Shown piece by piece: positions 1-8,113 of a DNA stretch of 13,073 nt (its first letter is position 1; each line of letters begins with the position of its first letter). Source of the DNA: Octopus sinensis (Eukaryota); contig NW_021826428.1 of assembly GCF_006345805.1 (NCBI RefSeq), forward strand, positions 1 through 13,073, written 5' to 3'. A model generated the notes under the pieces. That model was given only the letters and a program-made list of their open reading frames with translations, did not search any database and had not been told where the DNA came from. The position numbers and the translations under genes were made by a program.

Positions 1-203
1 TTTTGCATTTGTACAAGTTGGCTCCAAGTCTCACCCAGAGACCTCAAGAGATAACAAGTTAGAAGTTCATGTGGTGTTATGCCTCGGGTGCCATATATTT
101 GGTTTTGTACATAGTGTTGTTCTAGAGAATGTTTAATAAACCATAAGAAAATTATGTTTGTTTTAAAATTTGAGATTACATAGTATTTTACGTGGGCAGT
201 TCC
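1..203 (-). mobile_element. R4/Dong-like non-LTR retrotransposon, very short 3' fragment (last ORF codons + 3' UTR), running off the window edge
   Basis: Aligns with indels to ~421-618, the 3' end of the longer copy. On the minus strand it starts GGAACTGCCCAC (G-T-A-H, part of the clade's C-terminal 'GTAHILRK' motif) directly after the (AAT)n tract. Confidence 0.8.
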
Positions 204-217
204 TTATTATTATTATA

Positions 218-259
<42 letters not shown>
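204..259. repeat. (TTA)n microsatellite
   Basis: Near-perfect TTA run with one interruption. Confidence 0.97.
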
Positions 260-370
260 GAGTGAGGGAGCAGTGCATGCCATCAAAATGACACTGGGGT
301 AAAATGTACGAAGCCCAGTATATCCATCATCACTACCCGTCTGATAAGGGTACACCAGGCACATGCATCA
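260..370 (-). mobile_element. Truncated copy of the ~563-bp (AAT)n-associated non-coding element
   Basis: These 111 nt align ungapped to 10474-10584 with 10 mismatches by manual count, and abut (ATT)n at exactly the same terminus. Confidence 0.85.
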
Positions 371-404
371 TTATCCTCCTCCCCCAAATTTCAGGATTAT
401 TATT

Positions 405-1478
405 ATATGTTTGACTTTTGCTTTGCATTTGTACAAGCTGGCTCCATCTCTCACCCAGAGACCTCAAGAGACAGTAAGTTAGAAGTTCAACTTGGTATTA
501 TGACGAGGGTGCCATGTATTGCTCTAGAGAATGTCTAAGAAAGCAAGAAAATTATAAGTTTGTTTTAAAATTTGGGATTACATAGACAGTATTTTACAAA
601 GGATATGGGCAATTTCCATGAGCACTACTTTTTGAATTTCTGCCATTTTTGGATTTCCTGGTATTTGGATTGCTAGGTATTTGGATTCCTGGTATTTTGG
701 ATTGCTAGGTAGCAATCAACCTTTTTTTCTATCATTCCCAGGGCACCTATGACAACAGGTATTGTTTTAGTCTTGAGTTTCCACATTTTGCCAATTTATA
801 TTTCAAGATCTTCATACTTGCTCCGTTTTTGGTTGGCCTTAGCAGGTACATTTATGTCGATTGGGACAGACATGTCGACGAGGAGACATGGTTTTTGTCT
901 GAAGTCCTTCAATATAATGTCTGGCCTATTCGCATCTATCTTTCTGTCAGTTTGAACTGTGAAGTTCCAGAGGTCATTTTCAAGCACTGAAGTTGGTTTG
1001 TGTTCCCACTAGTTTTTATCATAGAGCAGCTCCAGGTTTTTGCAAATTACCCTATGAATATACTGTGCCGCTCTATCATACTTGTTGAGATACTCTCTGT
1101 AGGCACAAGAAGACTGCACATGAAGACAACATGATCGATGGTTTCATTTTGTTGTTTGCATACATGACATGTTGGGCTACTGCCGTTCTTTAATATGTTG
1201 GCCTGGTAGTTCCTTGATCTTGGGCAGCTATGATTAACCCTTCCTATGGTTTTAAGCCAGAAGACACTAACCATTGTTGAGTAAGGGTTTTGTCAGCATC
1301 GGCATTAATAGCTCTCTTTGGGTATTTGCCATTGAGAGGTTTTTCTTGCTATTTATCAGTAAGAATATTTAAGGCAGCAGTTTTAGCACGGGTTTTCCAT
1401 ACGCTTAGCTTTTTCTGTGCTTGTTTCCAGTACGTCTAATTCTGGGATTTGTTTATTTGAAATTCACTTCAAATAGAA
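405..1478 (-). mobile_element. R4/Dong-like non-LTR retrotransposon, 5'-truncated and decayed (CCHC finger + REL endonuclease + 3' UTR + (AAT)n tail)
   Basis: Minus-strand conceptual translation across stops and frameshifts: QEKPLNGKYP..EGLIIAAQDQ..CHVCKQQNETIDHVVFMC..LWNFTVQTDRKIDANRPDIILKD..CLLVDMSVPID..KRSKYEDLEI..MWKLKTKTIPVVIGALG..EIAHILCKILSM*. Stop at 578-580. The 3' UTR ends at ~405, followed by (AAT)3 at 396-404. Confidence 0.9.
648..711. repeat. 32-bp tandem duplication inside the Dong-like ORF
   Basis: tttggatttcctggtatttggattgctaggta (648-679) followed by tttggattcctggtattttggattgctaggta (680-711). Confidence 0.9.
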
Positions 1479-1537
1479 GGGAAACCCGTAGTTTCCATTC
1501 TATGTAAGGCCTTTATGGACAATATAATGAATAAAAG

Positions 1538-1659
1538 AATCTTGCTTCGCAACTACATGGTCTCGGGTTCAGTCCCACTGCATGGTACTTCTGCTATAAC
1601 CTCTGGCTGACCAAAGCCCTGTGAGTCGATTTGGTAGAGGGAAGTTGAAAGACGCCCTG

Positions 1660-1735
<76 letters not shown>

Positions 1736-1953
1736 TTGTTTCTGTGTTTTTCCCCTACCATCGCTTGATAACAGGTGGTGTGTTTACGTTCCCGTAACTT
1801 AGTGGCTCGGCAACAGAAAACAATAGAATAAGTACCACGCTTTAAGAAATAAGTACTGGAGTCGATTCATTCGGCTAAAAGAATTATTCAAAGTGGTTCC
1901 CCAGCATGGCCACAGTCTAACGAGTGAAACAAAGAAAAGATAAAGAATAAAAG
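1538..1953 (+). mobile_element. tRNA-derived SINE, 5'-truncated, with an internal (TG)n
   Basis: B-box-like gggttcagtccc at ~1565-1576. The body (gaccaaagcc..gtgag..gatttggtaga..gaaag) is shared with the SINE at 8828-9202. It ends catggccacagtc..gagtgaaac plus A-rich repeats. Possible TSD gaataaaag at 1529-1537 and 1945-1953. Confidence 0.85.
1663..1734. repeat. (TG)n microsatellite within the SINE
   Basis: Perfect TG run. Confidence 0.97.
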
Positions 1954-2069
1954 TCAATACAACTCGTTCAAATAGCATTGGGGATAGACAGCATGGATAA
2001 ATGCTGCTAAACACTATATCCGATGCGCTAGTGATTCTGTCAATGCGCTACCTTAAGTGTATATATATA

Positions 2070-2800
2070 CACAGGCATGACAGAAGTAAATAGACGCCCT
2101 TATAATAGTTAAAATATATTTAAATCTGAAATTATACATTCAAATTATTTATTAATTGTTATAGTTTATTTATTATTTGTGCACCCTTTTCAAGCCTAAC
2201 CAGTCTCCTGGGCCCGGTTTCCCCATTTCTGTGGCGTATGTGTCCCCCCCCCCCCAGCTGGATGGGACGCCAGTCTATCGCAGCGTTACTCAAAAAAACA
2301 GGAAGAAAGAGCGAGAGAAGTTGGGGCAAAAGAGTACAACAGGGGTTGCCACCATCCCCTGCCGGAGCCTTGTGGAGCTTTAGGTGTTTTCGATCCATAA
2401 ACACATACAACGCCCGGTCTGGGAATCGCAACTGCGATCCGCCGACCGCGAGTCCGCTGCCCTGACCACTGGGCCATTGCGACACCACAATTGTTATAAT
2501 ATGAATATTTAATATTTAGCAGACATGCCCTTTGCATTTTTCAATTCAAGGAGCCTATTAGGCATGTTACTGTCATTTGACGAATATTCTCGTACACAAT
2601 TTCTTGCCAAGTTTCACGCAGTAATCTCAAAAGAGTTGGCTTTGAAAATGCTTTCTTATTCTTTTTATGAAATGCCCTCTCCATTTTGTCCCAGGGGTGT
2701 TCAATAGGGTTCTGTTGAGTTCAACGACGGCGGAAACACATCTTTGTGATGGAGACTATATTAAGCAGTACTTTTTCTGGCAAGGAATATCAGTTAAGGA
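2070..2800 (-). mobile_element. Tc1-like (DD34E-type) DNA transposon remnant: transposase C-terminus + 3' terminal inverted repeat, interrupted by a SINE
   Basis: The minus strand reads FPPS..ELN..PIEHPWDKMERAF..LLRETWQEI..(frameshift)MPNRLLELKNAKGMSAKY* with the stop at 2509-2511. This matches the Tc1 'WPPQSPDLNPIEHLW...W..I...MP.R..AV..AKG..TKY' tail. A TIR-like CACAGGCATGACAGAAGTAAATAGACGCCC starts at 2070 after TA. The upstream boundary (~2800) is approximate and no partner TIR is seen. Confidence 0.75.
2164..2488 (-). mobile_element. Full-length tRNA-derived SINE with a 10-bp target-site duplication
   Basis: The head GTCGCAATGGCCCAGTGG starts at 2483 (A box), with a TCG (Arg-like) anticodon region and a degenerate B box gttgcgattccc. 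Internal gcgatagactggcgtcccatccag resembles the V-SINE central domain (from recall). A-rich tail. TSD aattgttata at 2154-2163 and 2489-2498. Confidence 0.9.
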
Positions 2801-2802
2801 TC

Positions 2803-2956
2803 ACATTATTTACATTATTTACATTTGACGGATATTTGCCCTCATCTTGTTTCTTGTTAACACAACGTTTCGGCTGATATAACCTCCAGCCTTCATCAGG
2901 TGTCTTGGGGAAATTTCGAACCTGGGTTCTCATTCTTAAGGTATTTTTCCTTTTCG
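2803..2956 (-). mobile_element. Short non-coding element carrying a hammerhead ribozyme motif and a 9-bp tandem-repeat 3' tail
   Basis: Preceded on the minus strand by (AAT)n. It contains the hammerhead below and ends in (tgtaaataa)x2 at 2803-2820. Whether it is repetitive cannot be shown from this window alone. Confidence 0.6.
2859..2904 (-). ncRNA. Minimal type I hammerhead ribozyme motif (Penelope-type, palindromic stem III)
   Basis: Minus strand: GACAC-CTGATGA-A-GGCTG[gaggttatat]CAGCC-GAA-ACGT-T-GTGTT. Stem I GACAC/GTGTT, stem II GGCTG/CAGCC, both core segments intact, self-complementary ACGT stem III, predicted GUU cleavage triplet at 2866-2864. Confidence 0.75.
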
Positions 2957-2986
2957 TTATTATTATTATTGTTGTTGTTGTTGTTG

Positions 2987-3109
2987 CTTTTGCACGGCTT
3001 CTAACGCTAGAGATGTACTACGGTGTCAGCTGTTCACTACCAGTGAACTAAGATAACACCTCTTATTTCTCGAGCACCTTCCGTAGTATTCGAGCGGTTC
3101 CAAGCAGTG
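2987..3109 (-). mobile_element. R4/Dong-like element, very short 3' fragment from another subfamily
   Basis: The minus strand encodes LLGTARILRKVLEK* (stop 3063-3065). The 3' UTR has the hairpin gttcact-acc-agtgaac (3032-3047) and is followed by (AAC)n(AAT)n at 2957-2986. Confidence 0.8.
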
Positions 3110-3290
3110 TGTGTGTGTGTGTGTGTGTGTGCATGTATGTGTTGCATGTGTGTGTGTGTATGTTCATGTATGTATTGTATGTGTGTGGTATGTGTGGGAG
3201 GTATATGTGCGTTCATTTGTGTGCACGGGTGCGCGTACTTTTTAGTGTGTGTGTGGATATATACGTGTGTGTATCCGTGCGTGTATATAG
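3107..3290. repeat. Degenerate (TG)/(TA)-rich microsatellite
   Basis: Interrupted TG runs; the source of the CVCVC-type ORFs. Confidence 0.9.
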
Positions 3291-3686
3291 AAATAAAAAT
3301 TATAATAAATTATAAAAAATATGGTTGAAAGTAAGTGAGTGGTCAATTTTCTACACGCAAATCTAACTACACGTGATATTATTAGATAAATGACTACATT
3401 ACATAATATAAGCACAAACAATAAAGCAATTAAACATTGGTCTAATTAAGAGATAATAATTGTTAAAGATACAATTAATCGCGCTAGCTAAGACTTTGTA
3501 ACTAACTAACAATAAGAAAAAATAAATTTTAGAAAGCTATACCCTACTTCTTCAGATTTAAACAAGATAAAATTTACATACTTTAAAATATTAAAATCAC
3601 AACGTCGTTCTAAAATTTGACATCTAAGATTAACTGTAAATAAACAATGTAAATAACTACAGGCGGAACATATTTGATAATTGGAA

Positions 3687-4022
3687 TCTTCTCTATATAT
3701 AAAAGGCAGGTTGTGTGTCTGTGTGTCTGTGTGTCTGTCAGGTTGTACCCTCACCCTGACCACGGCTTTCAACCGATTCTGATGAAACTTGACACACACA
3801 TAGCCCAATGTCATAATTCAAAACTAACGCACGAAAATTTGAAAAGTTTCCCCCCAGTTTTTCTTAAAAATTTATAAATTCCGCCACTTCAAGCAGTCAA
3901 CGAAACAAATCATGACCAGACAACATAACCTTGGCATACTGCCGCTAATCGCAGCTGCAGCCGCAAGTCGTTGCCTACTAGGGGTTCTTACATGCCCGGG
4001 CAACGCTGGGCTATGCTGCTAG
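3687..4022 (+). mobile_element. Non-autonomous Helitron
   Basis: 5' TC (3687-3688), 3' CTAG (4019-4022), inserted between A3686 and T4023 with no TSD. Subterminal hairpin gcccgg-gcaacg-ctgggc (3994-4011) lies 11 nt from the end. Short GTGTCT repeats near the 5' end. Confidence 0.88.
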
Positions 4023-4316
4023 TAAGTACTAATTATCAATTAATGAATATAAACAAACAGGAATTGATCCCAATTCTCTGGAACATGTTAGGCCGAAATT
4101 AAGTCCAATACTACAAGTTGTGAAATGATGTTTTTAAAACCTTTGTGTTTCCCTCCAAAATGTCTTCGCCCTGATGAGTAGCCTACCTCTTCATTACTTC
4201 TCCTTATCTCAATTAAACTTTATAAATGCGCTTTTGAACTCATTTCTGATAAAGATTGAGAAAGCCTCCCTCCCTCCCACCCAACTACATTTCACAATCT
4301 CTCGTTTTTTTTTCTT

Positions 4317-4390
4317 TCATTCATTCATTCATTCATTCATTCATTCTTTGTTTCTTTCTTTTTTTTTCTCACTCAGTCTCTCTCTTTCTC
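4317..4390. repeat. (CATT)n plus pyrimidine-rich/(CT)n low-complexity tract
   Basis: Directly visible. Confidence 0.85.
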
Positions 4391-4400
4391 GACACATACA

Positions 4401-4489
4401 TATATTGCTCTGACGAAGCTATGAGATGTCGAATTAGCACACAACTCTAGATCCCCAGGTCCTTATAATAGAAACAGTTGTAAGCCAAT
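4401..4489 (+). ncRNA. Degenerate hammerhead-like motif with an expanded stem II
   Basis: attgct-CTGACGA(4410-4416)-A-gctatgag..cttataata-GAA-ACAGTTGT(4474-4481)-A-agccaat. Stem I attgct/agc(c)aat and a near-palindromic stem III are present. The conserved G10.1-C11.1 pair is lost. Confidence 0.45.
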
Positions 4490-4496
4490 GAAAATA

Positions 4497-4606
4497 TATG
4501 TGTACCTATATATGTGGATATGTGCGTGTATATATATATATATAAATAAACATACATATATATGTGTGTGTGTGTGTATGTATGTGCTTAGAAATGTATG
4601 TATGCA

Positions 4607-4637
<31 letters not shown>

Positions 4638-4674
4638 TCTCTCTCTCTCTCTCTCATCTCTCTATTATATATAT

Positions 4675-4724
<50 letters not shown>

Positions 4725-4735
4725 TGTGTGTCTGT
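4497..4735. repeat. Compound microsatellite (TA)n/(TG)n/(TCTA)n/(CT)n/(TA)n
   Basis: Directly visible. Confidence 0.93.
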
Positions 4736-4963
4736 GTGAGATTGCGTATGCTTCCGTCCCTTTGTCTTGACATCACATTATAGTTGTAAACGATTGTCAC
4801 TGTCATACAAGCAGTGTCGATATTCTGCGAGAGGATATCTGCCCAAAGTGAACTAGAAACTTACTTGGAAACAAGCGAGAGTTGGCGACAAGGAAGGCAT
4901 CCGGCCGAAGAACATGATCCTCAACAAACTCCGTTTGGCCCATTAACGATAATGATGACGATA
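4735..4963 (+). mobile_element. Headless SINE 3' module ending in a (GAT)n-like tail
   Basis: Follows a microsatellite. It contains gttggcgacaaggaaggcatccggccg, a motif I recognise from RTE-tailed SINEs, and ends cgataatgatgacgata. No tRNA head is visible. The call rests mainly on recognition. Confidence 0.5.
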
Positions 4964-4964
4964 G

Positions 4965-5010
4965 AGATATGCGTGTATATGCATATATGTGTGTGTATAT
5001 GTATGTCCGA

Positions 5011-5076
<66 letters not shown>

Positions 5077-5091
5077 ATTATATGTATATAT
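4965..5091. repeat. (TA)n(TG)n microsatellite
   Basis: Directly visible. Confidence 0.93.
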
Positions 5092-5092
5092 A

Positions 5093-5481
5093 CTAGCAGT
5101 ATCGCCCGGCGTTGCTCGGGTTTGTAAGGGAAATAACTATATAAGCATTTTTAGAGAGTTATAGCAAAAAAATGCATTAAAAATGGAATAAAAAATTATG
5201 GTAATTTTTTTTTTAATCGTTGACTCATCGTAGACATTTTTAGAGAGTCACTTCCCTTATATAATAGCGAAAAAATACATTAAAATGGAAAAAAATGATG
5301 GTAAATTTTTTTTTTAATCGTAGACTCATCGTAGACACGCGCTAATAATACCAGAAGGGCTCGATATGAATCACGACTATAATACCCGGTTTTGGTTAAA
5401 CTGCACCGAAAAATGTGGGAGTAGTTAGGAATCTAATCGTAGGAGACAGACACTCACACAACTTCACTTTATATATAAAGA
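5093..5481 (-). mobile_element. Non-autonomous Helitron (copy A) with an internal tandem duplication
   Basis: Minus strand: 5' TCtttatatataaa at 5481, 3' hairpin cccga-gcaacg-ccggg, then CTAG ending at 5093 followed by T. Internal direct repeat 5146-5234 vs 5235-5335. Confidence 0.88.
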
Positions 5482-5981
5482 CTACAGTATCGCCCGGCGT
5501 TGCTCGGGTTGAAAGGAAATAACTATATAAGCATTTTTAGAGAGTTACTTCCCTTATAAATTCGGGCTTTCTTAGCCATTTTTGTTTTGGTGTCTTCAAG
5601 CCATAAGTCGTTTGTCTAAAAGAACGCTGGTTTCCTTTACAACGCATTACGACGTTGATTTCTTTACACTCCCTTCCCCACAGCTTCACGAGGGAGGAAG
5701 GGGGAGAAGCAAACAGGTGCAGCTGTGAGCGTGGACGCCAACGCCCGCGCCATCGACATACGATGCATTTTATGCATTAAAATGGAATAAAAATTATGTT
5801 AAATTATTTTTAAAATCGTAGACTCATCGTTGACGCGCGCTAATAGTCAGACCGGGCTCGATATGAATCACGACTATAAGATACCCGAATTTGGTTAAAC
5901 TGCACCGCAAATGTGGGGAGTTAGGAATCTAAATCGAAGGGGACCAGACACTCACACAACTAGAGTTTTTATATATTAATA
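5482..5981 (-). mobile_element. Non-autonomous Helitron (copy B), head-to-tail with copy A
   Basis: Same termini as copy A, with a decayed 5' end (tattaatatata) and a 3' end ..ctgTAG lacking one C. Carries an extra ~200-bp internal segment (~5560-5765). Confidence 0.85.
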
Positions 5982-6274
5982 TGCATGCCAGTTACATCAC
6001 TGTGAATGTTATTCCCACTTTCTATTTATTCCTTAACCTTTGGCACACTGTTGGTGTGCAATGCCGTCGTTTGACTTTTCTCCCCTGTAGTAACAGGGCG
6101 GAGGCAGGGGGAAACAATTGTAGAGGAAGTGCAACGTGCTAAAGGTTGAAATATCAAACTCTTAGACAGCTGTAAGCTCTCCTGCAGATGTTCGAAATTC
6201 TTATGAACTTTTCATCCTATTTAAGCCTGTTACATATATTGCTCTGTTAGACACACAAACGCACGCGCAGGTAT

Positions 6275-6275
6275 G

Positions 6276-6316
<41 letters not shown>

Positions 6317-6327
6317 ATATATATATA
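6275..6327. repeat. (TA)n microsatellite
   Basis: Directly visible. Confidence 0.93.
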
Positions 6328-7980
6328 GATTTCCCGCTAGTCTCCTGAAATAATGTAGATACCAACTTGCAGTCCCTCTGACCAACCTCTGGAGAAATTC
6401 GTTAGACACAGGTTATATACCGAAACAGTTTCTATCCCAGTCGGTCATCCCGGTTTTCAAACAGGGAAACAGATCCCTCGCAGTCAACTATCGCCCAATC
6501 TCACTCACCTCCCACATCATTAAAGTGTTTGAAAGAGTGTTAAGATCAAGGATAGCTGACTTCCTGGAGACCCACAACTCCTAAATGCAAATCAGCATGG
6601 CTTTCGCTGTGGCAGGGACTGTCTAACACAGCTCTTACAAAACCACACATGGAAGTGTACTCAAAGCCTTGGGAACAGGTTCGAACTCTGATGTCATATA
6701 TCTTGACTTCAGTAAAGCGTTCGACAGGGTAGACCATAACATCCTACTCTCAAAATTGGCAAACGTTGGAATCCGTTGAAAAGTTCTACACTGGATTAAG
6801 TACTTCCTGGCGACTAGAACACAACATGTGTAGTTGATGGAGTCCACTCAAACCCAGCAAAAGTCACTAGCGGTGTTCCCCAAAACTGTTTTGGGTCCGC
6901 TACTCTTCATATTTTACGTAAACGACCTTTCCAGTGTCGACATTACTGCAAAGTGAAAATATTTGCTGATGACACTAAGCTCCAGCAAATCGTCAATGAA
7001 GAAGCGGACCGAACTCAACTCCAGTCTGATCTATATGCTGTGAGTCAATGGGCAGATAGAAACAAAATGCAACTGAATGAGGGAAAATTTGAGCTGATGT
7101 ATTTTGGAAGAAGGTCTATACTAAAACAACCATACTCTCTTCCTTCAGGGGAACCGCTCACAGCCTATAACAATATCAGAGACCTGGGTGTAATTGTTGA
7201 TGACGATCTCAGTTGGAGTGCACACATCAACAAGAAGGTCGATATAGCTCGTAGGATGAGTTCCTGGATCTTAAGAACTTTCCGGTCCAGAGAACAGGTG
7301 TCACCATACACTTTTTTCCTCCTTTGTACGGCCACACCTTGAATACTGCTGCCCACTGTGGTCCTCCTCACACAAGACAAAACATCTCCAGAATTGAGTC
7401 ACCCCAGAGGGCACTCACTAAACAAATTGAAGGCATGGCTGCTCTCGATTCTTGGGATCGCCTTAAGCCTTGAAACTTTACTCCCTCCAGCGTCGCCGTG
7501 AGCGTACATCATTTGTACGATGTGGAAAATATACCGCCAACTTTGCCCAAACGACCTAAACATTAGCTTCAAGGTTCATCCAAGACTTGGACCACGGGCT
7601 ATACGTCCCCTGCCAAATTCAAGATCACAACAACATACTGTACACTGCAACATAATTTCTTTTCCTCAACAGGCCCTGCCCTATTTAACATTGTCCCGAG
7701 GGAGATCAAAGAGGAAAAGGATCCCATCAACTTTAAACAGAGTCTGGATAGATTCCTTCAAAAATACCAGATAAGCCACCCATAATTGGATACATTCACC
7801 CAACAAGAACTCACTACTTGAACAAAACTGGATACAACTCACCCAACAAGAACTCACTACTTGAACAAAACTTGACTTAAACAGGATTCGAATAATCCTA
7901 TCAGGTGTGGTGCTATTAAGTTAGACATGGCCTGGACCAATCTTTGGTCGAAACATATTTAAGTTTATCTAAGTTTATAT
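6328..7980 (+). mobile_element. CR1/L2-group LINE, 5'-truncated: decayed reverse transcriptase + C-terminus + 3' end
   Basis: Translation across frameshifts: NYRPISLTSHIIKVFERV..NQHGFR..VIYLDFSKAFDRVDH..SGVPQ..LGPLLF..KIFADDTKL..DLGVIVDDDLSW..RPHLEYC..LQRRRER..PDKPPIIGY..NSLL. It ends with the hairpin gacc-aatcttt-ggtc, then gaaac and a tandem aagtttat(c/a)t tail. Exact clade not resolved. Confidence 0.92.
7787..7871. repeat. 42/43-bp tandem duplication at the LINE ORF C-terminus
   Basis: tggatacattcacccaacaagaactcactacttgaacaaaac (7787-7828) is repeated with a small indel/substitution at 7829-7871. Confidence 0.92.
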
Positions 7981-8082
7981 ATAAATAAATAAATTGTATA
8001 TATATATATAATAAATATATATGTATATAAATAAATAAATATATATATATATATATATAAATATATATGTATAAATAAATAA

Positions 8083-8113
<31 letters not shown>

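Noticed and set aside
1505-1517. 13-nt match (taaggcctttatg) to the 5' terminus of the 563-bp element
   Set aside because: Opposite orientation and no extension on either side; probably chance.
2410-2483. tRNA gene
   Set aside because: The B box is disrupted, the acceptor stem is not closed, and it continues into a SINE body flanked by a TSD.
3779-3795. ctgatgaaac motif
   Set aside because: No stem II between the two core halves; it lies within the ordinary Helitron body.
4171-4195. ctgatgag motif
   Set aside because: No downstream GAAA and no viable stem II.
648-7871. Short tandem duplications (32 bp, ~90-100 bp, 42 bp) as a CRISPR-like or functional array
   Set aside because: Two units each, no spacers, all inside decayed transposons; consistent with ordinary slippage.
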